This document shows, one piece after another, positions 18,855 to 28,202 of a stretch of 64,000 bases of DNA. How positions within the stretch are numbered: position 1 is the first letter of the stretch; each line of letters begins with the position of its first letter. The stretch spans positions 10,373-74,372 of the forward strand of contig DKCJ01000006.1 in assembly GCA_002451465.1 (NCBI GenBank), in the 5' to 3' direction. The DNA is from Bacillales bacterium UBA6877. Lineage in GTDB: Bacteria > Bacillota_I > Bacilli_A > RFN20 > CAG-826. The translations under genes were made by a program, and so were the position numbers. Under the pieces are notes generated by a model. That model was not told where the DNA came from and searched no databases. It saw nothing but the letters and a program-made list of their open reading frames with translations.

Positions 18855-19931
18855 TTACTTGTTTTGTCCTGCTAACTTTTGCTGTTGATCATAATTTATA
18901 AGCGCATCAATTAACTCATCAAGGTCGCCTTCCATAATTCTATCAAGTTTTTGTACAGTAAAACCAATTCTATGGTCTGTAACTCTATTTTGAGGATAGT
19001 TATAGGTTCTAATTTTTTCGTTACGATCTCCACTTCCAATTTTGCTTCGATAGCCAGCCTCTGTAGCGGCTTTCTTTTCTTCTTCAAGTTGAGCAAGTTT
19101 ACTTGCTAACATTTGCATACAAATCTCGTGATTTTGAATTTGTGATTTTTCTGTTTGACAAGAAACAACAACACCAGTAGGTATGTGGGTAATTCTTACA
19201 GCTGATTCGGTCTTATTAACATTTTGTCCGCCAGCTCCACTCGATCTATAAGTATCGACTTTTAAATCTTCATTTCTAATTTGAACTTTTCCAAGTTCGA
19301 CTTTTGGCATAACAACAACAGTGGCTGTTGAAGTATGTATTCTTCCATTAGCCTCAGTTTTAGGAACACGTTGAACTCTATGGACACCACTTTCATATTT
19401 TAAACGTGAATAAGCATTAGCTCCGCTTACAACAAATTGAATATATGAAAATCCACCAGCTTCACTAACAGAATCATCAATTACTTTTAATTTCCAGCCT
19501 TTGCTGTCGCAATAATGACTATACATTCTAAATAAATCACCAGCAAAAATATCAGCCTCATCTCCACCAACAGCGCCTTTAATTTCAAAAATAACATCTT
19601 TTCCGTCGTTAGGATCTTTTGGTAATAACAAAACTTTTAACTCATCAGTAATTTTCTCACAAAGTTCAGTATTTGATTTTAATTCTTCCTTACCCATTTC
19701 ACTTATTTCAGGATCTTTATCATTCGACATTGTTAAAGCATCTTCTCTATTTTTATTCGCATATAAATATTCATGAAATTTTGTAACAATTGGTTCAAGT
19801 TCGCTTCTTTCGATATTTAAATCTCTAAATCTATTTGTATCTCTTGTAACCTCATCTTTTAACAATAATTCATCTATTTCATTAAGTCTTTTTTCAGTTG
19901 TTACTAGACGATCATACATATTTTTTTCCAT
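18855..19931 (-). CDS. prfA: Peptide chain release factor 1
   Basis: P-x-T tripeptide region RVQRVPKTE and GGQ loop [26 protein letters not shown]. Start moved to ATG 19931 (MEKNMYDRL), behind GAGG. Confidence 0.95.
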   Translation of the reverse strand: MEKNMYDRLVTTEKRLNEIDELLLKDEVTRDTNRFRDLNIERSELEPIVTKFHEYLYANKNREDALTMSNDKDPEISEMGKEELKSNTELCEKITDELKVLLLPKDPNDGKDVIFEIKGAVGGDEADIFAGDLFRMYSHYCDSKGWKLKVIDDSVSEAGGFSYIQFVVSGANAYSRLKYESGVHRVQRVPKTEANGRIHTSTATVVVMPKVELGKVQIRNEDLKVDTYRSSGAGGQNVNKTESAVRITHIPTGVVVSCQTEKSQIQNHEICMQMLASKLAQLEEEKKAATEAGYRSKIGSGDRNEKIRTYNYPQNRVTDHRIGFTVQKLDRIMEGDLDELIDALINYDQQQKLAGQNK

Positions 19932-19996
19932 AATACTAACCTCGTTAATCGTATGAATTATACCAAAAAACAAATAGCATTAAAACAATCTAATTG

Positions 19997-20025
19997 TTTT
20001 ACGAGTATCCATGTTATGGTATAAT
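19997..20025 (+). promoter_or_regulatory. Candidate sigma-A promoter of the dnaX operon
   Basis: TTTTAC (19997-20002), 17 nt, TATAAT (20020-20025), 18 nt upstream of the dnaX ATG. Confidence 0.4.
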
Positions 20026-20043
20026 TCTACATAGGTAAAAATT

Positions 20044-21759
20044 ATGTCATACAAAGCTTTATACAATAAATATCGTAGTCAAACATTTGATGAAATAGTT
20101 GGTCAACAAGCAGTTGTTCAAACTTTAAAAAATGCTTTAGCACAAAACAAAATTGCTCATGCATATCTTTTTAGCGGGCCTAGAGGAACAGGTAAAACTA
20201 GTATCGCTCGTCTTTTTGCTAAAGCCTTAAATTGTTCTGAGGGTCTTGGTCACCAATGTAATGTTTGTGATAATTGCATTCAAATAAGTGAAGGTCAACA
20301 TCCTGATGTTATTGAAATAGATGCCGCAAGTAATTCAGGCGTTCAAGAAGTAAGAAATTTAATAGAAAGAGTTAAATATGCTCCTTTAAAAGGTCGTTAT
20401 AAAGTTTATATCATCGATGAAGTCCATATGATGACAACAAGTGCATTTAATGCATTATTAAAAACTTTAGAAGAACCACCAGAGTTTGTAGTATTTATTT
20501 TATGTACTACCGAGCCTTACAAACTTCTTCCTACGATTTTATCTCGTTGCCAAAGATTTGAATTTAATAAAATAAGTGATGATGATTTAAAAAAATTAAT
20601 ATCAAGAGTTTTATCTGGCGAAAATGTAAAAGCAAACTTAGAAACAGTTAATTTAATTGTTGAACTAGCTAAAGGTGGCGCAAGAGATGCTCTATCTATT
20701 CTTGACCAATTAATTGCTTTTTGTGGAAATGAAATTCGTGTTGAAGATATTCAAAAAGTATTTGGTTTAACTAGTATGGAAGAAAAAATAACCCTTCTAG
20801 ATGTTATCGCCAAAAAAGATACTTTGAGTTTGTTAAAAACATTTGAAGATCTTTTAAAAAGAAACGTTGATACTTCAAGATTAACTAACGAACTTCTTTT
20901 TATGCTTAAAGATGCTCTTATTTATTCAAAAGTTCATTCAACAAATTTATTAACTGTCTTAAATGAAAACGAAGCAAAAGCTCTTTCTATAGTATTTTCT
21001 TCAACTAAACTTTTATCAATGATTGATCTTTTATTAAAATGTCAAGTTGAATATAAAACAGCTTCCAACCCAAACTTCTTATTTGAAATATATCTTTTAA
21101 AATTGGTTGACGCTAAAGATGAGTCAACTTTCACTCAAACTGAAGTCTCAAATAAACCTTTAGAAACAAATCATGAAACTAAAAAAGAAAAAGATATTAA
21201 GGAAATTATTAAAAAAGAAGAAAAAGAAAATAAACAAAGTAAAGAACCTCAAATTAAAACCATTGAAGATTTAAAAAATTTAAAACCATTAATTAGTCAA
21301 ACTGAAAAAGAAAAGCCTAGTAAAGAAGAAAAATCACCAATCGCAATTAAAGGCGAAACTTATAATCTTGATAACGATATCTTGTTAAAAATATTAGTTT
21401 TAGGTAATAAATCTTTAAGAGAAGAAATAACAAAACGTTGGGAATATTTAGATGCCTTTAAAAACGATAAAGATTACGGTCCATTTGCGATGTTATTAAA
21501 AGATGGTGCTCCATTTGTTATGACTCAAGACATCATGATTTTAAAATTTAATTATGAAAATGAAGCATTAAGATGTAACATAAAAGCCAACCAAGAAAAA
21601 CTTGAGGAAGTAATGGAAAAACTTGTTGGAAAAAAGATTTTCATTTATGGTATTAATAGAAAAGTTTTAACAGATTTAACTCTTGAATTTATAAATTTAA
21701 GAAAAGTCAATAAATTACCAAAACCTGAAGAAATTGGTAATATTACAATCGAAAGATAA
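20044..21759 (+). CDS. dnaX: DNA polymerase III subunits gamma/tau
   Basis: Walker A GPRGTGKTS, zinc module CSEGLGHQCNVCDNC, DEVHM box, SRC motif (LSRCQRF); K/E-rich linker and C-terminal tau domain. Confidence 0.95.
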   Translation: MSYKALYNKYRSQTFDEIVGQQAVVQTLKNALAQNKIAHAYLFSGPRGTGKTSIARLFAKALNCSEGLGHQCNVCDNCIQISEGQHPDVIEIDAASNSGVQEVRNLIERVKYAPLKGRYKVYIIDEVHMMTTSAFNALLKTLEEPPEFVVFILCTTEPYKLLPTILSRCQRFEFNKISDDDLKKLISRVLSGENVKANLETVNLIVELAKGGARDALSILDQLIAFCGNEIRVEDIQKVFGLTSMEEKITLLDVIAKKDTLSLLKTFEDLLKRNVDTSRLTNELLFMLKDALIYSKVHSTNLLTVLNENEAKALSIVFSSTKLLSMIDLLLKCQVEYKTASNPNFLFEIYLLKLVDAKDESTFTQTEVSNKPLETNHETKKEKDIKEIIKKEEKENKQSKEPQIKTIEDLKNLKPLISQTEKEKPSKEEKSPIAIKGETYNLDNDILLKILVLGNKSLREEITKRWEYLDAFKNDKDYGPFAMLLKDGAPFVMTQDIMILKFNYENEALRCNIKANQEKLEEVMEKLVGKKIFIYGINRKVLTDLTLEFINLRKVNKLPKPEEIGNITIER

Positions 21760-21771
21760 GGAGATTATTTT

Positions 21772-22077
21772 ATGAATATGCAACAAATGATTCAAGCAAT
21801 GCAAAAAGCTCAAAGAGAATTTAATAAAGAATATGCAAAGCTTGAGAAAAAAGAATTTAAAGGAAACGCTAATGGCGCTGTTGAAGTTACAGTAACCGGT
21901 GACTTATCACTTAAATCAATCAACATTCTTGATGATTCTTTATTATCTAAAGAAAATAAAGAAGAATTAGAAGATATGATTTGTCTTGCCTATAAAAAAT
22001 GCCAAGAACAAATCAATCAAGAAAGCGAAGCAATTTCTGCAAAATTTAAGCAAGGAACTGGAGGAATGATGTTCTAA
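21772..22077 (+). CDS. ybaB: Nucleoid-associated protein YbaB/EbfC
   Basis: 101 aa, MNMQQMIQAMQKAQ...VEVTVTGD...; conserved position between dnaX and recR. Confidence 0.9.
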   Translation: MNMQQMIQAMQKAQREFNKEYAKLEKKEFKGNANGAVEVTVTGDLSLKSINILDDSLLSKENKEELEDMICLAYKKCQEQINQESEAISAKFKQGTGGMMF

Positions 22078-22676
22078 TGAAAGAACTCCCTTCATTAAAT
22101 AAATTAATTGATGCCTTTAAATCTTTTCCTTCAATAGGAAGTAAAACCGCTGAAAGAATGGCTTATAGCCTTCTCAACATGGATGAAGAAAACGTTAATA
22201 ATTTATTAAAAGCCATAAGTGATGCAAAACATGAAATTCATGCTTGCCCTATTTGTGGTTTATTAACTGAAGAAGATAAATGCTCTATTTGTAAAGATCC
22301 AAATAGAGATCATTCAATTTGTATTGTTTTATCAGATGCAAAAGACGTTTATAACTTTGAAAAATTAAATAATTATCATGGTGTATACCATGTCTTGAAT
22401 GGCGTAATTTCTTCACTTCATGGAGTAGGTCCAGATGATTTAAGAATCAAAGAACTTATTAAAAGAATTGATGATGAAAAAATAAAAGAAATCGTTATTG
22501 CTACTAATCCAACTCTTGAAGGAGAAACCACCGCGCTTTATATTGCACGAATTTTAAAAGATAAGAATGTAAAAGTATCTAGACTTGCTTATGGTTTACC
22601 TGCTGGTGGTCATTTAGAATATGTAGATGAATTAACCATTGAAAAAGCTCTAGATAATCGTACAAATATCAAATAG
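22077..22676 (+). CDS. recR: Recombination protein RecR
   Basis: HhH FPSIGSKTAERMA, zinc finger CPICG...CSIC, Toprim domain. Confidence 0.95.
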   Translation: MKELPSLNKLIDAFKSFPSIGSKTAERMAYSLLNMDEENVNNLLKAISDAKHEIHACPICGLLTEEDKCSICKDPNRDHSICIVLSDAKDVYNFEKLNNYHGVYHVLNGVISSLHGVGPDDLRIKELIKRIDDEKIKEIVIATNPTLEGETTALYIARILKDKNVKVSRLAYGLPAGGHLEYVDELTIEKALDNRTNIK

Positions 22677-22686
22677 GAGACAGAAT

Positions 22687-23313
22687 ATGTTTATTACCTT
22701 TGAAGGTGTTGAAGGATGTGGAAAATCTTCCATATTAGCTCGCGTATATGAAACATTACTTAAAGAAGGTTATCCTATCATTTCAACAAGAGAACCTGGT
22801 GGAGTAAAAATCGCTGAAGAAATTCGTAATATTTTGCTCAATAAAGAAAATACGATGATGGATAAAAGAACTGAGGCTTTACTTTTTGCAGCAAGTAGAA
22901 GACAACATCTAGTTGAAAAAGTGTGGCCTGCACTTAAAGAAAATAAAATCGTTATTTGCGATCGTTTCGTCGACTCTTCTTTAGCCTATCAAGGCGCTGG
23001 CGATGGAATTGGTGTCGATGAAGTTTTAAAAATAAATTTATTTGCCATTGAAAATACTTTTCCTGATTTAACAATATTATTTGATATTGATCCAGAAATT
23101 GGTTTAGCAAGAATCAATAAGAACGCAAATCGTGAAGTTAATCGTTTAGATGTTAAAGAAATTGAGTTTTATAGAACAATTAGAAATTGTTTTTTAGATT
23201 TATCGGTTAAATATAAAAATCGATATGTGGTAATAGATGCAAGCAAGGACTTTGAAACTGTTTATAACACTGTTTTAAATATTATTAAGAATAAATTAAA
23301 TGGATTACACTAA
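22687..23313 (+). CDS. tmk: Thymidylate kinase
   Basis: P-loop FITFEGVEGCGKSS, DRF motif (CDRFVDSSLAYQG). Confidence 0.92.
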   Translation: MFITFEGVEGCGKSSILARVYETLLKEGYPIISTREPGGVKIAEEIRNILLNKENTMMDKRTEALLFAASRRQHLVEKVWPALKENKIVICDRFVDSSLAYQGAGDGIGVDEVLKINLFAIENTFPDLTILFDIDPEIGLARINKNANREVNRLDVKEIEFYRTIRNCFLDLSVKYKNRYVVIDASKDFETVYNTVLNIIKNKLNGLH

Positions 23314-24277
23314 TTATTTAAAAGAAAAACAACCTATCGCTTATAAGGTTTTTGAAAACGCATTGAAAAATAATCGAATTTTTCATGCCTATCTTTTAAG
23401 TGGAGAATCTGGGACACCTCTTCTTGAAATTGCTAAATTTTTAGCAAAATCTTTAGTTTGTCTAAATCCTACACCTTTTGCGTGTTGTAAATGTCAAAAT
23501 TGTGAGCGTATAGAAAAAGAAATATATGGTGATTTAATAATTATTGATGGTAAAAAAGGCTACATACATAAAGAAGATGTTCAAAGAATAAACGAAGAAT
23601 TTTCGAAGACTTCTTTAGAAAAAAATGGTAAAAAAATTTATATAATTAATTTAGTTGAAAACATGATGGCAGATTCTGTTAATGCTCTACTTAAGTTTTT
23701 AGAAGAACCAAGCGAAGATACCTATGCTTTTTTAACAACTGAAAACGAGTTTAGAGTCTTGCCAACTATTTTATCTAGAACAGAAATTGTTAAATTTAAT
23801 TTATTAGATAAAAAGGATTTAATTGAAGAAAGTATAAAAATTGGCGTTGATCCGCTTGATGCCGAACTTCTTTCGAATTTTTATAACGATAGTTCTACTA
23901 TTAAAGAAGAAGCAAAAAATGAAGATTACCAATCCATTAAAAACGATGTTTTAAGTTTATTTGAATATTTAGATGATAAAAATAGATTAAAATATTTTTT
24001 CGAGAATAACTTTTGTAAAAAAATAAAAACTTCTCAAAGTGCTAGATTATTTATTGATATATTAATTTTTATATTCAAAGAAAGTTATGTTTTTAGTATA
24101 GAAAAAGAGACTATATATAAAAATTTTAGCGAATTATTTGTAAAACTTAATAAAAAATATGCGGAAATTGATGCAAAAATTATCTCTTTAATGGATAGCA
24201 GGAATGAAATTAACTATAATATAAACATGAATTTATTATTAATGCATATTTTAAATTCAATTTTATTAAAAGATTAA
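23300..24277 (+). CDS. holB: DNA polymerase III subunit delta'
   Basis: FHAYLLSGESGT degenerate P-loop, cysteine cluster CCKCQNC, SRT motif (LSRTEIV); follows tmk as in Firmicutes. Confidence 0.8.
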   Translation: MDYTNYLKEKQPIAYKVFENALKNNRIFHAYLLSGESGTPLLEIAKFLAKSLVCLNPTPFACCKCQNCERIEKEIYGDLIIIDGKKGYIHKEDVQRINEEFSKTSLEKNGKKIYIINLVENMMADSVNALLKFLEEPSEDTYAFLTTENEFRVLPTILSRTEIVKFNLLDKKDLIEESIKIGVDPLDAELLSNFYNDSSTIKEEAKNEDYQSIKNDVLSLFEYLDDKNRLKYFFENNFCKKIKTSQSARLFIDILIFIFKESYVFSIEKETIYKNFSELFVKLNKKYAEIDAKIISLMDSRNEINYNINMNLLLMHILNSILLKD

Positions 24278-24286
24278 GGAACCACT

Positions 24287-25087
24287 ATGGAAAAAATATA
24301 TATCACTGTATCATTTCAAAACACAAAGAAAAGCTATTTCTTTTATACAATAGATAAAACAATTGTTCCAGGCGATAAAGTATTAGTTGAAACTGTCGTT
24401 GGAAAAGAATTAGGAACTGTTAGTGCCGTAAATATCTCAATAAATAACCACGAATATACAAAAGAAATCAAACCAATAATATCAAAAGCATCGGCTCAAG
24501 ATATTAAAATCGCTGCTGCAAACGCAAAACTTGCTTTAAAAGCTAACGAAATTTTTGAAAGAGCTATTGAAAACCTGAAACTCGATATGAAATTAATTTC
24601 GAGTGAATATACTTTTGACTGCTCAAAAATTCTTTTTGTTTACGCAAGTGATGACCGTGTTGATTTTAGAGATTTATTAAAAATATTAGCTGCTGAGTTA
24701 AGATGTAGAATCGAATTACGACAAATTAATTCGAGGGAGAGAGCCCAACAAATTGGTGGTATTGGTGTTTGTGGACTTCCACTTTGTTGTACAACTTTTT
24801 TCCGAACATTCGAAGGAATATCCCTTAATCGTGCAAAAAATCAAATGCTTGCTATTAATATTCCTAAATTAAGTGGACAATGTGGAAAATTAATGTGTTG
24901 TTTAAAGTATGAAGATGACTTATACACTCAAGAAAAACAAAAATTCCCTAAACTTGGTTCAAAAGTTTCATATAATGGCCAAGAATATAAACTTACAAGT
25001 TTCAATATTTTCACAAAAATATGCACAATTCAAAATGATGAAGATGTCGAATTTGTTGAACTTAAAGAACTTAAAGTGAGAAAATAA
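24287..25087 (+). CDS. ricT: PSP1 domain protein (YaaT/RicT-like)
   Basis: PSP1 C-terminal block RIELRQINSRERAQQIGGIGVCGLPLCC...GQCGKLMCCLKYE. Confidence 0.85.
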   Translation: MEKIYITVSFQNTKKSYFFYTIDKTIVPGDKVLVETVVGKELGTVSAVNISINNHEYTKEIKPIISKASAQDIKIAAANAKLALKANEIFERAIENLKLDMKLISSEYTFDCSKILFVYASDDRVDFRDLLKILAAELRCRIELRQINSRERAQQIGGIGVCGLPLCCTTFFRTFEGISLNRAKNQMLAINIPKLSGQCGKLMCCLKYEDDLYTQEKQKFPKLGSKVSYNGQEYKLTSFNIFTKICTIQNDEDVEFVELKELKVRK

Positions 25088-25089
25088 AT

Positions 25090-25902
25090 ATGTATGGAAA
25101 ATTATATTTAGTTCCTTCGCCTCTTGGAAATCTAGATGATATTTCTATAAGACAAAAAAATGTCTTAAATATGGTTGATTTTGTAGCTTGTGAAGACACA
25201 AGAAATACCACAAAATTATTAAATATTTTAGGCATTAAAAAGGCATGTATTTCATGTCACGAACATAACGAAACTACTTCCTCTTCTTTAATAATCAAAG
25301 AAATTAAAAATGGAAAAAACGTTGCTTATTTAAGTGATGCTGGTTATCCATGCATTAGTGATCCTGGATTTTTGCTTACAAAAAAATGTATTGAAAACAA
25401 CATAACTATCGTGCCCCTTTCTGGTGCTAGCGCTTTTTTAAATGGTTTAGTTGGAAGTGGGATTGATGCTTCACATTTTTTATTTTATGGTTTTTTAGAA
25501 AGCAAACAATCAGTAAGAATTCAAGAATTAAATAAATTAAAAAAATTACCATATACTATATTATTTTATGAAGCTCCTCATAGACTTATTGAAACTATAA
25601 ACGATATTTATAGTGTTTTTGGTGACCGTAAAATATGCATATGCCGAGAGTTAACAAAAATTCACGAAGAATTTATAAGAACAACCACTAAAGAATTCAA
25701 AGATAAGCCTTTAGAACTTAAAGGAGAAATGGTAATTGTTGTTGATAAATTTGAAGAAAAAGAAAAAGAAATTGATTCAAAAACAATAATAGAAAAAGTG
25801 AATCAACTTGTTGAAAGTGGATTAACAAAAAAAGACGCTATAACAAGCGTCTCGATATTACTCAATATTCCAAAAAACATCATTAAAAAATTGTTTTTCT
25901 AA
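25090..25902 (+). CDS. rsmI: 16S rRNA (cytidine1402-2'-O)-methyltransferase
   Basis: GKLYLVPSPLGNLDDIS...CEDTR...SDAGYPCISDPG is the RsmI/tetrapyrrole-methylase-fold signature. Confidence 0.9.
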   Translation: MYGKLYLVPSPLGNLDDISIRQKNVLNMVDFVACEDTRNTTKLLNILGIKKACISCHEHNETTSSSLIIKEIKNGKNVAYLSDAGYPCISDPGFLLTKKCIENNITIVPLSGASAFLNGLVGSGIDASHFLFYGFLESKQSVRIQELNKLKKLPYTILFYEAPHRLIETINDIYSVFGDRKICICRELTKIHEEFIRTTTKEFKDKPLELKGEMVIVVDKFEEKEKEIDSKTIIEKVNQLVESGLTKKDAITSVSILLNIPKNIIKKLFF

Positions 25903-26219
25903 TTTTCTTCTTCACCCATAAGACCAACTGAATCACTAACTGGTAAAGCAAAGGCAATACCTTGACCTTTGGTATTAAGTCCACACTCTTTTCCTATAGC
26001 AAGTAAGATTTTTTCTTTTTCGTCTTCTTTTACTAAGATTAAAACTAACTCTTTATCAGGTTTTATAACTACACCATAAAATTTTTCAATTTCATCATTG
26101 CCTGTTCCACGAGCACCAATTACTGTTCCGCCACGAGCGCCATTTTCTCTTGCTGCACTCATTACCAGATCGCTATAACCTTTATCAACAATGCAACAAA
26201 TTAACACATATTTATCCAT
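25899..26219 (-). CDS. P-II (GlnB-like) family small signalling protein, paralog 2
   Basis: 107 aa from ATG 26219 (GGAGAAAATAAT upstream): MDKYVLICCIVDKGYSDLVMSAARENGARGGTVIGARGTG...GIAFALPV. This fits the beta-alpha-beta P-II pattern with a T-loop-like segment. Confidence 0.65.
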   Translation of the reverse strand: MDKYVLICCIVDKGYSDLVMSAARENGARGGTVIGARGTGNDEIEKFYGVVIKPDKELVLILVKEDEKEKILLAIGKECGLNTKGQGIAFALPVSDSVGLMGEEEN

Positions 26220-26220
26220 A

Positions 26221-26658
26221 TTATTTTCTCCTATTTTGTCTTGTATTTGTAATAAATCTATAAGCAAATACACTAATCATTGAATCAACCGGAACCGCAA
26301 AGGCAATTCCTTTTGCAGCTCGCGAAACTTTAAATCTTTCTTTACAAATTTTTAAGTAATTATCAATTTCATCACTTTTTACTAGGCAAATTACTACATC
26401 TTTTTTATCTTCACCAATACCTAATATATGCTTTAAATCATCAGTTGCAGTACCCTTACCATAAGAGAGAAAAGCACAACTTACTCCAAGTTCTTTAAAA
26501 GCGTCTAAAAAATAGTTGCCTTGATATTTATTAACAATAACAAACAATAATTTTAATGGTTTTATAAGATATTGTTCATCGTAAGCTTTATTTATGGTGC
26601 TTTTATTAACTTTAGAGGTATTAGATGCTTTTTTATCTTTAAATAATTTATTTTTCAT
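26221..26658 (-). CDS. P-II-like small protein, paralog 1 (with basic N-terminal extension)
   Basis: LKLLFVIVNKYQGNYFLDAFKELGVSCAFLSYGKGT...KGIAFAVPV parallels paralog 2. Overlaps the stop of the DUF1538 gene. Confidence 0.6.
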   Translation of the reverse strand: MKNKLFKDKKASNTSKVNKSTINKAYDEQYLIKPLKLLFVIVNKYQGNYFLDAFKELGVSCAFLSYGKGTATDDLKHILGIGEDKKDVVICLVKSDEIDNYLKICKERFKVSRAAKGIAFAVPVDSMISVFAYRFITNTRQNRRK

Positions 26659-28201
26659 TATCTACCTCCATATTAAAATGAATGACTTGTAAATCATCAG
26701 AACTAAGTATATTTTTTCTCGCTTTACTATAAATAATTGCAGTTCTTATAACGGCATATAATCCCATAAACTCAACAACGACAACTGGCATAACAGCAAT
26801 CATCCCAATTACTCCAAATCCACTACTATCATTATCAATTTGACTTGCTACACCTAAAACAAATGGCAAAACAAAAGAAGAGGCCATAAGTCCACTAGCA
26901 ACTTGACCAGCATCGAACGCAATTGCTGTATAAATATCAGGTACAATCCATGATAACAAGAAAATAAAACTATATAGTGGAATAACTAAATATAATAAAT
27001 TAATGGAATAAATAACACGAATAATTGAGATTAAAATAGCTAAGGAAACACCAATTGCTAAGGCAATTAACATCTTCTTTTTAGAAATAACGCCATTTGA
27101 AATTTCTTCAACTTGGGTAGATAAAATTTGAACACCAGGCTCCGCCATAACAATTGCTAGACCAAAGAGAACTGCTAAAACACAAATAATTGGAATATCT
27201 TGACTATTTTTTCCAAGCCCAACCCCAATATTATTACTCACTGATATAAAACCAAAATTTGCCCCAGTAAGAAAAATAATTAAACCTACATAAGCAAAAA
27301 TATATCCGACTAAAATCTTTAATAATTCGTTCTTTGGAAGTTTAATCATAATTGTTTGATAGATCATGAAAAATATAATAATTGGGAAAAAAGCAATACT
27401 AACTGATACAAAAGAATCAAATAATGTATCTAAAAGAGCTTTTAAAGAAATATCACTTACAAAGTGTGGCGAATTAATTACAGGTTTTAAAAACAAACCT
27501 AAAAGCATAACACTTACCACTGGACCAAGAGAACACATAGCAGTAACACCAAATGAATCACTTGTTGAATCTTTACCACCATGAACACCAGCTATACCAA
27601 CACCAAAAGCAATAAAAAATGGAACAGTTATTGGTCCAGTAACTACTGCACCACTATCAAATGATAAATCAATAATTGGACCATCTTTATCACCAAATAA
27701 TGCAGCAATTCCAAAAACTATTAAATAAAAAAACATGTACCACATTTTGAGTGGCTTTTGAAACATAATTCTTATAAAACCTAAAACAAAAAACACTCCA
27801 CATCCAACCCCAACGCAAATTTTAAATATTATTGGATTTATTGAAGAATTAGGTACGTAAGAGGTAAGAACACTTACATCAGGTTCGGCTATTGCAATTA
27901 ATGTGCCTAATAAAACCATTAAAACGATAACCAACAACAAACTTTTTTGCTTAGCAAAACTTGCGCCTAAATACTTACCTGTTTCACCTAAGGCGTTATC
28001 AGCACCTATACTAAATAAACCCATTCCAACCATTAAGGCAAGTGAAGACAATAAAAAAACTATATATATCTCGGTATTTAAAAAATTCTCTCCAAAATAA
28101 TTGGTAAAAAACTGAATAAAAAATAAGCCAGTTACAATAAGTACAATTGGAATAACTGCTATAAAAGCGCCTAAGAATTTTTTAAATAACGTTTTAATCA
28201 T
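26648..28201 (-). CDS. DUF1538-family polytopic membrane protein (two internal repeats)
   Basis: 517 aa with more than 12 TM segments. The two halves share ...LIAIAEPDVSVL... and ...AIVMAEPGVQIL... blocks. DUF1538 assignment is by recollection of the family and its typical pairing with P-II genes. Confidence 0.6.
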   Translation of the reverse strand: MIKTLFKKFLGAFIAVIPIVLIVTGLFFIQFFTNYFGENFLNTEIYIVFLLSSLALMVGMGLFSIGADNALGETGKYLGASFAKQKSLLLVIVLMVLLGTLIAIAEPDVSVLTSYVPNSSINPIIFKICVGVGCGVFFVLGFIRIMFQKPLKMWYMFFYLIVFGIAALFGDKDGPIIDLSFDSGAVVTGPITVPFFIAFGVGIAGVHGGKDSTSDSFGVTAMCSLGPVVSVMLLGLFLKPVINSPHFVSDISLKALLDTLFDSFVSVSIAFFPIIIFFMIYQTIMIKLPKNELLKILVGYIFAYVGLIIFLTGANFGFISVSNNIGVGLGKNSQDIPIICVLAVLFGLAIVMAEPGVQILSTQVEEISNGVISKKKMLIALAIGVSLAILISIIRVIYSINLLYLVIPLYSFIFLLSWIVPDIYTAIAFDAGQVASGLMASSFVLPFVLGVASQIDNDSSGFGVIGMIAVMPVVVVEFMGLYAVIRTAIIYSKARKNILSSDDLQVIHFNMEVDNEK

Positions 28202-28202
28202 T

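Noticed and set aside
19974-20043. SRP (4.5S/scRNA) gene, which precedes dnaX in many Firmicutes
   Set aside because: The spacer is only 70 nt and contains promoter-like hexamers but no SRP domain IV motif.
20589-20595. A7 run in dnaX (TTA AAA AAA TTA) as a possible programmed -1 frameshift site producing gamma
   Set aside because: It lies at about codon 183, inside the ATPase/clamp-loader domains and far upstream of where gamma ends in E. coli. No downstream stem-loop is present. A run of A is expected by chance at this base composition.
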